From Bryobacterales bacterium (lineage in GTDB: Bacteria; Acidobacteriota; Terriglobia; Bryobacterales; UBA6623): a stretch of DNA of 64,000 nt. The notes under the pieces were generated by a model that was given only the letters and a program-made list of their open reading frames with translations, did no database searches and had not been told where the DNA came from. The position numbers were made by a program, and so were the translations under genes. Position 1 is the stretch's first letter; the number at the start of each line of letters is the position of its first letter. Below, one piece after another: positions 54,244 to 64,000 of this stretch. The DNA is taken from NCBI GenBank assembly GCA_963422375.2, contig OY729428.2, positions 128,001-192,000 of the forward strand. Reading direction: 5' to 3'.

Positions 54244-54585
54244 CACTGTTTCGCAGCCGGCTACGATGTCTCGACCGCGGCGGGCCTGGAGGACACGGCG
54301 GCCCGCATCCGGCACCACCTCGGCATGGAGAGCCTGCACCTGATCCACGCCAACGATTCGAAGACGCCGCTGGGCTCCAACAGCGACCGGCACGAATCCA
54401 TCGCGGACGGGCACATCGGCGCGAAGGCCTTCGCCCGGATCCTGGGGCACGCCGAGCTGGCGGACAAGCCCTTCATCCTCGAGACGCCCTTCATCGACGA
54501 GAGCCATCGCGAGAACGTGCGCAGGCTCCGCGCCCTGGCCGAGGGCCGGATCGCGGACCTGCGGGCCGACCAGGCCGGCAACTAG
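54244..54585 (+). pseudogene. nfo: C-terminal third of endonuclease IV (5' part missing)
   Basis: HCFAAGYD, HANDSK..LGS..DRHE.I..GHIG, FILETP; fused directly to the IS1380 remnant. Confidence 0.85.
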
Positions 54586-55268
54586 TCGTCGCCGCCGAGG
54601 AAGCCCGCGCGGAGCAGGAAGTAGACCAAGGTGAGAACGCTGCTGACGGCAGCCGCGACGTACGTCCAGGCTGCCGCGTTCAGCACCCTGTCCACGCCGA
54701 CGCGCTCGTAAGGGGCGACGATGCCGTACTTCACCACGAGGTCCTTCGCACGCCTCGTGGCATCGAACTCGACTGGCAAGGTGACAAGCTGGAAGGCAAC
54801 CGTCGCCGAGAAGAGCGCGATGCCGAGCGTAACCAAGCCGCCCATCGCGAATAGGAACCCGATCGTGAGCACGATCCAGCTCAGGCTCGAGCCGATGCTC
54901 GCCATAGGCACCATCGCCGAGCGCAGCTGCAGCGGGGCGTACCCGTTGGCATCCTGGATCGCGTGTCCGGCCTCGTGGCAGGCGACGCCGACCGCGGAGA
55001 TCGACCGCTGCTGATACACCTCGGGAGAGAGCGCAAGCATGCGCGTGCGTGGGTTGTAGTGGTCGGACAGGAATCCCTCCGTAATAGCTACTTCCACGCT
55101 GTACAGCCCAGCCTGATCGAGCATTATGCGCGCCGCCTCCGCCCCTGTCATGCGCGCCTTCACGTTCCCGTACTTCTTGAACGCTGACTTGGTGCGGGCA
55201 CCCGCCCAGAGCGAGAGCAGGAGGCCCGGAATCATGAAAGCCAAGTAGAGCGGGTCGAAGAACATCAT
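54582..55268 (-). CDS. YugP-family membrane zinc metallopeptidase
   Basis: LSDHYNP, VACHEAGHAIQ, LVTLPVEFDA..RA, AAAWTYVAA. Confidence 0.9.
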   Translation of the reverse strand: MMFFDPLYLAFMIPGLLLSLWAGARTKSAFKKYGNVKARMTGAEAARIMLDQAGLYSVEVAITEGFLSDHYNPRTRMLALSPEVYQQRSISAVGVACHEAGHAIQDANGYAPLQLRSAMVPMASIGSSLSWIVLTIGFLFAMGGLVTLGIALFSATVAFQLVTLPVEFDATRRAKDLVVKYGIVAPYERVGVDRVLNAAAWTYVAAAVSSVLTLVYFLLRAGFLGGDD

Positions 55269-55384
55269 CGAATTCTGCCTCCAGCTAGCGGGCACGGGCT
55301 CCCGCCCGAGCCGACTCCCATCAGTTTAGTCCACCGCGTCCCGCATCGGCCCCGACGGCCCTCCGACCGCGCAGCACGACTCGC

Positions 55385-56197
55385 TCAGGGGACGGGCAGC
55401 GCGGACGCCGCGAGTTTCCTGTAGGCCTGCCGCACCGCGGGGAGGCGGGCCCCTCGCGCGTCGCCGAACGGCACGAGAGCGTCCGGCTCCGGCGGCTGCC
55501 TCACGCCCCCGGCTAGGATCCAATCGCGCGTCCGCGGGACGGGAGCCGCGGGGCTCACGGGCGAGTAAAGCCATCCGGCCGGCCGGCCGGCCGCGGCGAA
55601 CTTCGCCGCGATCGGCTGGATCTCGCCGTCCGGCAGGGACCCGAACGCCCGGAACCACGCCTCCGGGGCGGCATCGGCGATCAGCTGAACCAGCGGCATG
55701 CAGTCGACTCGCCCCAGCCAGTCCGCGTTCACGAGCAAGTCGGCCACCACGAAATCGTACGAGGTTCCCGCGCGCGCCAAGTAGTCCTCGGCATCGGCCA
55801 CGTGCAGGCGCAGCCGGCCGGCCCGCTCGTAGTGGCGCACCAGCGGGTGAAACTCCCGCGCCATGCCCGCCATGGCCGGATCCGCGTCCACCGCGTCCAT
55901 CTCCAAGCCCGCGAACTGGTGCAGCAAGCCGACCGTCCCGCAGCCCCCGCCGAATCCGAGCATCAGGCCGCGCCCGCCGGGGTGTCTCTGCCCCGCCAGC
56001 AGCCAAGCGAGCTGGTACCTCGTCTCCATCACGGGCCCGGGTCCGGCGGGCAGCGCCGGGTCCGCCCAGGCCGCGCCCGGTTGCAGCAGCGAGGCGCCCT
56101 GCAGCACGCCGCCGATCGTGAAGCGGCGCGCCTCGGCCGTGTCCACGACGCCCACGCGCCCGAACAGGCCCTCGCGTTCGAGCCTGACCGCGGGCAC
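55385..56197 (-). CDS. Spermidine-synthase-like SAM-dependent transferase
   Basis: LMLGFGGG, DAVDADP, VADAEDYL...YDFVVAD. Confidence 0.7.
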   Translation of the reverse strand: MPAVRLEREGLFGRVGVVDTAEARRFTIGGVLQGASLLQPGAAWADPALPAGPGPVMETRYQLAWLLAGQRHPGGRGLMLGFGGGCGTVGLLHQFAGLEMDAVDADPAMAGMAREFHPLVRHYERAGRLRLHVADAEDYLARAGTSYDFVVADLLVNADWLGRVDCMPLVQLIADAAPEAWFRAFGSLPDGEIQPIAAKFAAAGRPAGWLYSPVSPAAPVPRTRDWILAGGVRQPPEPDALVPFGDARGARLPAVRQAYRKLAASALPVP

Positions 56198-56202
56198 CGC
56201 GG

Positions 56203-56833
56203 TCAGCTCCGCTTCCCAGCGCGCACGGCCATCTCGAAGTGCTCGCCGAGGTAGACCCGCCGCACCTCGGGGTCGGCTTGCAGTTCCCGCGGCTGCCCGG
56301 CCCGGAAGACGGATCCGTTGTGGATGATCAGCGCCCGGTCGGTCACGGCCAGCGTCTCGCGGACGTTGTGGTCGGTGATCACTATGCCGATTCCCTCCCG
56401 ACTCAGTCTACCGAGGACGCCTTGCAGCTCGAGCACCTGCTTCGGGTCGATCCCGGAGAACGGCTCGTCCAGCAGCAGGAAGCTGGGCGACAGCACGAGC
56501 GAGCGCGCGATCTCGACGCGCCGGCGCTCGCCCCCCGAGAGCTGGTACCCCCGGCTGCCGCGCACCTTGTCCAGCCCGAGCAGGGCGATCAGGTCGTCCA
56601 GCCGCTCGCGGCGCTCCGCGCGGACCAAGGGCAGCGTCTGCAGGATCGCCAGGATGTTCTCGTCCGCGGTGAGCCTGCGGAAGACCGACGCCTCCTGCGG
56701 CAGGTAACTGATGCCCAGGCGGGCCCGCTGATACATCGGCGTGTCGGTGATGTCGCTGTCGTCGACGAACACCCTGCCCGCATCGGGGCGGACCAGACCC
56801 GCGATCATGTTGAACGAAGTCGTCTTCCCCGCC
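56203..56833 (-). pseudogene. lptB: LPS export ABC ATPase LptB, 5'-truncated inside Walker A
   Basis: AGKTTSF.MI.GL, YLPQEASVFR, LSGGERRRVEIAR, LLDEPFSGIDP, ITDHNVRETL, VRRVYLGE.F; IS end starts at 56834. Confidence 0.9.
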
Positions 56834-59492
56834 CAGCGGTTCTCAATTTGGCCGTCAAGGGGGTGCGTGAACGTTGTTTCGGAGGATAGAGGTGAATAAG
56901 TTGACCGAGAGGTTGCGCTCCTGAGGCCGCCCGCGGGAGCGTCGGACGGCGGGCAGGGCCGTGGTGCGGCCCGCGTCGCGGGTCCGCCGAGTGCCGAGCC
57001 CGCGGCCGGACGCACTCCGGCGGTAGCCGGCTGCGACGGTCGGCCGCTCGCCGGACGCTGCCGGCACGAAACTGCGCGGAGTCCAGGCCCCGGCTGCCCG
57101 GCCGCCTGGCAGCCCGGAGGCGCGCGTCCGGCGCGCACCGCCGCCAGCAGCGTCGGCCGGTCCGGGAAGCGGAACCAGCGCAGCGCGACCTGCAGCTCCC
57201 GGAACAGGGCGCGGCGCGTGACCGGCTGGCGCCGGCACTGCTGCCGCAGCGCGCAGACGCACTGCACCACGGCGTGGAGCGCGAAGGCGAACAGGTTCAG
57301 CACGGCCAGCACGCTGGCCAGCCCTTCCTTGCCGTGCCCGAAGTTGCGCTTGCAGTTGCGGCCGTGCCGCGCCAGGCAGTTGAAGCCCTCGTTCTCGATC
57401 TTCCAGCGCGCCCGGCCGGCCCGCGCGATCCGCTCCGCGTTGTCCGCGGTGACCGCGAGACCGGTGAAGAAGCTGCTGGCGCAGGTGCGCTTGCCGCCGC
57501 GTTCCACGGCGTACTCGATCCAAGTGCCCCGCAGGGCCTCGCGGCCCTTGCGCAGGGGCACCGCGGCCGTCCGGCGGAAACGGTGCCGCTCGCACCGCTG
57601 GCCCTTCCCGCGCCGCGGCAGCCAGCCGGTCGAGCGCACCGCGCCGCTCGCCCGCCGGCTCTCCAGCACCTCGTACAAGTGCTTGCGGGATCCGGGCTTG
57701 CATACCCGGACCTGATTACCCACAAGACTCAGCCAAGGTTAGGAGGCGGTAAGGCATGGGCGGGGTGCGCACGGAGGCGTGGAGCAGGCGGGGGACCAGC
57801 ACCTCCAGATCGTAGCGGCGGTTGAAGCGGTAGCGGAACTCGGCGAGGTAGCGCGGCAGGTGCTTGCCGTCGAACGAATGGCAGGTTCCCGCCAGGGACT
57901 GCTTGACGTTCCCCAGCATCGTGTTGACCCGGACGAAGCGGGAATCCGCGCAGCTCCGCTTCCCGCCTCCGGTGACGGTCGGCACGTGCTCGCAGCCGGC
58001 GGCGCTGATCTGCACGGCGGCCACGAACGGCGTCTTGCCCGCCGCGCCGCGCCCGCGCTTGCCGCCGCTCCGCTCCCCGCCCCGGTAGGCGTCGTCCACC
58101 TGCACGATGCCGCCCGGCGGCACGCGCTCGTCGCGCTCCTTCATCACTTGCAAGAGCTTGTGCTTCATCTTCCAGGCGGTATTCCGGCTGACGCCCGGCT
58201 GACGCGCCAGTTCCAGCGACGAAACGCCGTGCTTGCCCTGCGTCAGCAGGTGGAGCGCCAGGAACCAAACGGTCAGCGGCAGCTTGGTGGCGGCGAAGAT
58301 CGTGCCGGCGACGAGGGAGGTCCGGCGGTGGCAGGCATGGCACTGCCGGAGCTTGCGGGAGCGGATGCGGCAGTGCCGCCGGGAGCCGCACTCCGGGCAG
58401 CGGAAGCCGTCCGGCCGGCGGGCGTTGAAGACGGCCTGCTCGCACTGCCCCTCGCTGCCGTAGCGCTGCAGGAACTTGCCCAGGCTGAGTCCCTTCTGGC
58501 ATTGCACGCGATTGCGTTTCATCAGCTATCCCCTTTCCTGTCAGAGGTTTCCGACCTCCTCCAGTATAGCATATCCTCGGCTGACGTTCGTTGGTAATCA
58601 GGTACCCGGATGCAGTCCATGCCGGCCGCCGCGGCGGCCTCGCAGACCGGCTGGCAGCAGTGCAGGTCGTCGCCCGGCAGGACGGGGCGGCAGGACGGGG
58701 CGGCAGGACGGGGCGGCAGGACGGGGCGGCAGGCCTGCAGCCAGGCGCCGCGAGCGGCGAGCCAGCGCTTGGCGGCGTTGCGCTCGCAGTCCCGCTTGCG
58801 CTCGTCCTCGCTCATGTCGGCGCGGGTCGCGGCCGCGTCCTGCTGCGGGCACGCGAACTCGGGCATCAGCGGCAGGACGGTGGCGTGGCCGTCGGCCACC
58901 GCGGTGGCCGCGACCATGGTGCGGAAGTGATGCGGCCGGCGCTCGCTGCCGACGCGCCGCACCGAGCACTGCGGGCAATGCACCCTGTCGGAGCGGTGGA
59001 ACCGGACGCCGTCCGGAGCCGCCGGCAGGCGCTCGTCGAGGCGCTGCAAGGGCGCGAGCGCGCCCCGCGCGGCCACGGTTTCGAGGCACGGCCGGCACAG
59101 CGGGTCGCACGCGGCCGGGTCGCGGTCGTCGAGCAAGTTGCGGATCCGCTTGTCGCAGGGGATGCGGCCCACGCCGCACAGGGTCCGGCAGTTGGAGCGG
59201 GAGCCGTCCCGCTCCATGCGCCGCTGGAACGCGAGCAACGACTCGCACCGGGTGCAGAAGCAGGCCGGGGCGCAACCGGCGGCGGCGCTGACCTCGTAGC
59301 GCTTGTTGCGACCCGCGCGCCGGTCGGGCCGGCCGGCGGCCGTCTCGCGGAAGGCGCTCAGCAGTGAGTCCAGAACATGGGGCATTCACCCTAGCTCACG
59401 CATTCCGCTAGCAAAAGTCAAGTGCCAGACTGCCTGCGACACCTTTCTCAGACACTCTGGAAATCCCCAAAGGCCCAAATTGAGAATCGCCG
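56834..59492 (-). mobile_element. ISNCY-type DDE element (transposase from 59385), interrupted by IS1595 copy C
   Basis: Imperfect 17-bp IR CAGCGGTTCTCAATTTG / CGGCGATTCTCAATTTG; DCERNAAKRWL, GDDL.C.QP, GRARWKIENEGFN, NFGHG; no TSD. Confidence 0.8.
57711..58602 (-). mobile_element. IS1595-family element (CCTGATTACC ends), copy C, internally deleted
   Basis: IRs at both ends; 8-bp TSD TACCCGGA; excision rejoins host transposase MDCIRV|CKPGS. Confidence 0.93.
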
Positions 59493-59994
59493 GCTGCGGA
59501 CCACTCGCTCGTCTTCGATGTGGTGCGCCGTTTCGCCCCGCCGCTTGGCATCGAACTGACGAAGCGGGAGAGGCGCTCAATCGAGACGGCGAAGGGCGTG
59601 GTCCGTCTGCTGCCGGTCTCCGAGCGGGCACGGCCGCTCTTCGCCAAGCGCGCGTCGCGGGCGGTCGCGACGTGGCTGGAGTGTCATTCGGCGACGCGAG
59701 CAGACCCGCCGCAGGCGGTGCTTTTCCCGGACTGCGAGGGCCACGGCGGACCCTCGGTCCGGGAGCGGCGACCGCGTTACGGCGATGACGACGCCCCCGA
59801 CGACGGCTCTGCTCCGGCTTCGGGCGCGACCACGGCCGACCGGATGCACACCGGAATTCTGCTCCAAGCCGGAGGCCAGACGGAAGCGCGGCCCCGACTT
59901 CCTGCGCCTGTCGATCGCTCTCTCGGCTCTGTATCCGCGTGGCAGCGAGGAGAAGCGTCCGCTCGGCGCCAAGCTGCTCGTGGTGCCGCGATGA
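59493..59994 (+). pseudogene. C-terminal remnant of a DUF1156-type adenine DNA methylase
   Basis: SLVFDVVRRFA.PLGIEL...IET.KGVVRLLPVSERA, TT.DR.H...LLQAGG, then shifted GPDFLRLS.ALSALYPRGSEEKR...LLVVPR*; recognised from memory of the family. Confidence 0.6.
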
Positions 59995-60334
59995 GGCCGA
60001 CATCCGGTTAACCCGTACGTCAGACGGGTACGAAGCCTGACGAGGGAGTGCAGGGCATGGCAGATTCCGAATTGCTGAAGCGCATCCGCTCCGCCTGCAT
60101 GCCGGTGGATGAGGCGAGCACTCTGCCTGCCGCCCTTGTACAGCGACTCGTTCGACCGCTTGCCTCGTCCGTCAGGCGGTCGAGCACGTGCTGACGCTCG
60201 TGACACCGGACAGTGTCCGGTGCGTTGCGCCTGCTGAAGTCGGTTTCCCGAGGCGTGTTCACAGCGGTGTCGGCGAGCGAGCACGCGGAGATGGATTGCT
60301 CCGTTGATCGTCGGATAGACTAACAGGAGACTCT

Positions 60335-61177
60335 GTGAATTCAAGCCGGCCTCAGGACCTGCCCGAATTCGCCAAGCCACCCTTGGCGGAAGTTGCCCTG
60401 TCCCTTCAGTTCCGATCGCTGTCCAGCCTGACGACCGCTCACATCGGCCTGCTCTGGCGGAGGTATCGCGACCAGTTGCCGCTGATCGAAGAGCACCTGC
60501 CGCTGGCGCCAGCCTCGGAGAGCTTCGATCCGCCATCACTGCCACGGGTGGAGATCGCCTTTGAGGGCAAGCCACCTGCTCCGCGCGTCTGGTTCGTGAA
60601 TGAGGCAAAGACGGAACTCGTGCAGGTGCAGCAGGACCGCTTCATTCACAATTGGCGCAAGATCGGCCAAGTCGACACGTATCCGCGGTACGAACGAATC
60701 CGCGAGCGATTCCGACACGAAGTGTCAATGTTCGAGAAGTTTCTCGAGGACGAAGGTCTCGGCGAGCTGGAGGTCAACCAATGCGAGGTGGCGTACGTCA
60801 ACCATATCGAGCGCGCAGGAAGATGGGAGAACCATGGAGAGGTCGAGAAGATCCTGAGGAACTGGGCGCCGTTGCCAGCCGTTGCATTCCTGCCGGCCCC
60901 GGAGGACGCCGCGGTTCAGTGGCGGTATCGCATTCCGGGCTCTGATGGACCCGTCGGCAGATTGCACGTGACGGCCCAGCCCTCGTGGAGCACGGCTGAT
61001 GGGAGCCCAGGCTGGGTCATGAATCTGATGGCGCGGGGAGCCCCGATCGGAACTGGAATCGACGGGGCGTTCGAGTTCTTCGATCTGGGGCGAGAGTGGG
61101 TGGTGCGAGGGTTCGCAGATCTGACCACCGAGTCCATGCAACGCTGCTGGGAGAGAACGAATGCCCGGTCTGGTTAA
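60335..61177 (+). CDS. TIGR04255 family protein
   Basis: LPEF.KPPL.EVALSLQF, PRVWF.....LVQVQQDRFIHNWRK...YPRYE, EVAYVNHI, F.DLTT..M...W; AGGAG RBS upstream of GTG. Confidence 0.85.
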   Translation: MNSSRPQDLPEFAKPPLAEVALSLQFRSLSSLTTAHIGLLWRRYRDQLPLIEEHLPLAPASESFDPPSLPRVEIAFEGKPPAPRVWFVNEAKTELVQVQQDRFIHNWRKIGQVDTYPRYERIRERFRHEVSMFEKFLEDEGLGELEVNQCEVAYVNHIERAGRWENHGEVEKILRNWAPLPAVAFLPAPEDAAVQWRYRIPGSDGPVGRLHVTAQPSWSTADGSPGWVMNLMARGAPIGTGIDGAFEFFDLGREWVVRGFADLTTESMQRCWERTNARSG

Positions 61178-61706
61178 TGCCGTTGACGCGGGTCCGGGGG
61201 TGCTGGCGGAGAGCTTGGTGCAACGTCGGTTGTCAACGACGGAGACAGTGGCAGCTGCAGGTGCCTTGGTCGCTCCGCTCGTCCGAACGATGTCGCAAGA
61301 ATCGCCTCGGCGGCCGATCCGAAGGATAGCGATTCGAGCGTCCAGGCGTGATCTGCCTGAAGGGCTTGTGCATGCTCTCGAGCGGGCCTGCGAACTGCAG
61401 CAGCTCCCGAGGGGTTGGAATTCGTACGGCGCCGAGCCGGTTTCGGATACTGCCTTCAGACGGGCAATCGAGTTTCTGACGGCATACGTGGTTCGAGGCA
61501 TCGCCGGTCCCGTGCTCGTGCCCACGGTGCGGGGCGGGCTGCAGATCGAATGGCACCGGAGGGGCGTGGACATCGAAGTCGAAATCAAGCCTGACGGATC
61601 GGTGTCGTGGTGTGCGGAAGACCGGCGGTCGGGTGAGGAGGTCGAAGCGGTCCTGACCGGTCACGAAGAAACGGTCCGAGAGTGGCTTAGAAGGGCCTCG
61701 GACTGA
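61161..61706 (+). CDS. Hypothetical protein with L..GWNSYGA.P and P...GGLQIEW motifs (candidate antitoxin)
   Basis: Overlaps the upstream gene; low-complexity N-terminus then a compact alpha/beta domain; start could be later (ATG near 61290). Confidence 0.75.
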   Translation: MPGLVNAVDAGPGVLAESLVQRRLSTTETVAAAGALVAPLVRTMSQESPRRPIRRIAIRASRRDLPEGLVHALERACELQQLPRGWNSYGAEPVSDTAFRRAIEFLTAYVVRGIAGPVLVPTVRGGLQIEWHRRGVDIEVEIKPDGSVSWCAEDRRSGEEVEAVLTGHEETVREWLRRASD

Positions 61707-61710
61707 GCTC

Positions 61711-62127
61711 ATGACCTCCGCGGAGGAGTGCCGGAGACAGTTTCCCGACGATCCGCAGATCCTTGATAACGTTCGTCTTCTGCGGAGAGTCCCGCCGTGG
61801 CATTTCGTTCGTGACGACAACGACGGCTGTATCCGGCCTTCGTCGGCGGCGTTCATGGACGACCGCGACGGAGATCCCATGTCCGTCTACCGCCAGGACG
61901 TCATAGAGAGGGACGGCGGGGAGCCGGGGCGGGTGCTGGCGAATCACAGGGGCTTCGGCCTAGTGTCGATCTTGGCCAGCCAAGTGCGTTCCAAAAACCA
62001 GACAGTCCACTCGGATCCTGTTCCGGAGGAGTCGTCGCACGCCAAGGTCTGCGGGCCGAAGCCGAGATCCACGCGGAGGTGGCTCGTCCGCCGCGCCGAG
62101 TGGGTATTCGCGCCACGGCGTGCTTAG
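61711..62127 (+). CDS. Small protein with ADP-ribosyltransferase-like motif spacing (candidate toxin)
   Basis: LLRRV ... PSSAAF ... MSVY ... SHAKV; starts 4 nt after the previous stop. Confidence 0.65.
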   Translation: MTSAEECRRQFPDDPQILDNVRLLRRVPPWHFVRDDNDGCIRPSSAAFMDDRDGDPMSVYRQDVIERDGGEPGRVLANHRGFGLVSILASQVRSKNQTVHSDPVPEESSHAKVCGPKPRSTRRWLVRRAEWVFAPRRA

Positions 62128-62830
62128 GAGTCTCGCCGAAACAACCTGTCCGCTTCCTCGTTTCTCCGGTATACACGGCGCCACGACCGGGATGACACAA
62201 GCGGTGCAGGGAAAGTTCAATGTGTTGAGACCGCTGTTGGACGAGCGCACTCGCTGCCTCTGGGCCGCGGCGGAAGCCCGCGCCATTGGACGCGGGGGCA
62301 TTCCATGGGTCGCCAAGACAACCGGCATGTCGTGCGCCACGATCCGGGCCGACTTGCGGGAACAGCATGCGTCCTCGCCACAGGAGTCGCGGGCGGGCAT
62401 TGCGCAGGTGGGCACCCTAGGCGGCGGTCGACAGGCGCCGGCGGATCGCGATCCGGGTCTGGTGAGGGCATTGGAGGTGCTGCTCGACCGGTTCCCGCGG
62501 GCGACCCTCAGGGTCCGCTGCTCTGGACGTGCAGCAGCGCGGCGCGCTGGGCGGAGCAGTTGGGACCTGCAGGACATCGGGTCAGCGAGCGCGCGGTGAA
62601 TCGGCTGCTGCACGAGTTGGGCTACCGCTTGCAGGCCAGCCGTAATACGCTCAAAGGCCGCCGGCATCCGGACCGGACCGGAATGCACGATTCCGGCGCA
62701 TCGCCCGGCGGGCGCGGGCGTTGCAACGCTTGGGCCAGCCGGCGGCCTCGATCAACACGAAGAAGAAGGCGTGGGGCGACCGATGCCGCACCGGCGGCCG
62801 GGAACGGGTTCTACCGATCCCGCCTAGGGC
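62127..62830 (+). mobile_element. Degenerate ISAzo13-family element
   Basis: LDERTRCLWAAAEARAIGRGG, GDPQGPLLWT, LLHELGYRLQA....G..HPDR; frameshifts; truncated. Confidence 0.8.
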
Positions 62831-63020
62831 CGCTAGCCGGCACAATTCATCAAGCCATGGATTCGGGCGTTCGCCCGCCCGACTCGCAGCACCCGCCCGT
62901 CCGGGCTGGCATCACCGACCAGCGGAAGCACTGAATCCGGCCATCCTTTCCCGTCGCGCCCAATAGCATCCCGCTGGAGATGGATTCCTGCCGTCAGACC
63001 TCATGCGCGCATTGACCGGG

Positions 63021-63690
63021 CTAGTCGCGCAGAACCCAGATCGGCGAGGACCACGCGATCTCTGCGTTCGCCTGGACCGCCCGCAGGTAGTAGAAGCTCT
63101 CGCCATCCAAGGGCTCCTGATCGGAGTATTCGAAGTCGTGATCCGGGCTGCCCGGTGTGGCGATATAGACGACTTCGTTGTTCCGCACCAGCGCCACTTG
63201 CCGCAGCGTGTCCGTGCCGAGAATCCTCGGCCGGATCGCCGGCACCTCCGCTCCGACGCGGATCTCGTCGCCCATGAAGGCCTCCCCGAGGCGGAACTCT
63301 ATGATGATGTTGTCTGTCCCCGCGCAGGCGTGCCGCCGGCGGATGGCGGCCGCCACGCCCTCGCACGTGGCGCTCTCCGCGTACACCGTGGCGTACGACA
63401 TGTCCGTGGAGAGGTGGTCCGAGCTCGCTGATTGGCACGAGCCGAAGATCCTTGGCCCAAGCGGCCGCGACCATGCCGTCGGGGTGGATTTCCTCCAGCA
63501 TGGCCGAGCCGGCCGAGAGACAGCCACCCGTCGTCCGTGAACGGGCAGCCGACGCATTCGCAGCGGTGGCGGTCACCCTGGAAGATCTCGACCACGGGCT
63601 CGAGCTCGGGGTCGCTGTCGCGCCAGTGGTCGCCCGTGGTCGTCGCGGACGTGTCCTAAATCGCGAGCCCGCCGGTGCAACGCGCCTGCC
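63021..63690 (-). pseudogene. Decayed partial copy of a PHP-like (DUF3604-like) protein gene
   Basis: SSDHLST..SYATVYAE, RRHACAGTDNI, YYLRAVQ....AWSSPIWV; frameshifted and 5'-truncated. Confidence 0.65.
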
Positions 63691-63841
63691 CGACGGGCGC
63701 GACGCGCGGCGCCGGACTGACCGGGCTAGCATCGCCGACGAGCTGAAGGCCTGAATCCGGCCCTCCTTTCCCGTGGCGCCCCAATTGCATCCCGGCGAGG
63801 ATGGATTCCCGCCGTCAGACCTCATTCGCGAATCGACCGGA

Positions 63842-64000
63842 CTAGTCGCGCAGGACCCAGATCGGCGACGACCACGCGATCTCGTCGTTCGCCTGGACCG
63901 CCCGCAGGTAGTAGAAGCCCTCGCCATCCAAGGGCTCCTGATCGGAGTATTCGAAGTCGTGGTCCGGGCTGCCCGGTCTGGCGGAATAGACGACTTCGTT
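63842..64000 (-). CDS. C-terminus of the paralogous PHP-like protein (partial, runs off window)
   Basis: NEVVYSARPGSPDHDFEYSD...FYYLRAVQANDEIAWSSPIWVLRD*. Confidence 0.7.
   Translation of the reverse strand, partial: NEVVYSARPGSPDHDFEYSDQEPLDGEGFYYLRAVQANDEIAWSSPIWVLRD

Larger units (their letters stand above)
62931..64000. repeat. Diverged direct repeat of about 250 bp (62931-63179 and 63751-64000), period about 820 bp
   Basis: Both copies begin CTGAATCCGGCC and cover the same gene 3' end plus about 90 nt downstream of its stop. Confidence 0.9.

Noticed and set aside
56203..57723. 506-aa transposase-LptB fusion ORF as a novel protein
   Set aside because: Accidental read-through across IS junctions; starts inside an IS1595 IR and has a broken Walker A
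62931..64000. Repeat pair at a gene 3' end as a DGR template/variable repeat
   Set aside because: Differences are not adenine-specific, include non-coding flank, and no reverse transcriptase is present in the window

Overview
GC-rich (roughly 70% by eye) bacterial chromosome segment, most consistent with Acidobacteriota (Bryobacterales-like: acidobacterial VWA protein, Ig-domain Pal, DUF1501, Tat-signalled catabolic enzymes). Ankyrin remnants and IS load hint at a host-associated lifestyle (inference). Intact housekeeping blocks are moeA-moaC, ino1, thrB, PPi-PFK, nuoA, aroE, pcrA/uvrD, tolQRAB-pal-cpoB and recN. They alternate with three decayed accessory regions (about 11.3-19.7 kb, 33.8-41.2 kb and 53-64 kb) full of IS30, IS1595, ISNCY, IS1380 and ISAzo13 elements and a MITE; termini and target-site duplications can be read for several. 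Best candidates for new biology: (1) an intact three-gene operon, TIGR04255 protein / small WNSYGA-motif protein / putative ADP-ribosyltransferase-like toxin (60335-62127), inside a decayed defence island and resembling a reversed toxin-antitoxin-chaperone system; (2) an inositol-3-phosphate synthase fused to an N-terminal XRE-like HTH, with a perfect 8-1-8 palindrome over its leaderless promoter; (3) a motif-specific mutational signature (CTGG->CCGG in IS copies, CTGG->CTAG/TTGG synonymous in core genes) plus short tandem duplications, with almost every IS copy damaged. No rRNA, tRNA or CRISPR array was seen. Family calls come from motif recognition by eye, not database searches.
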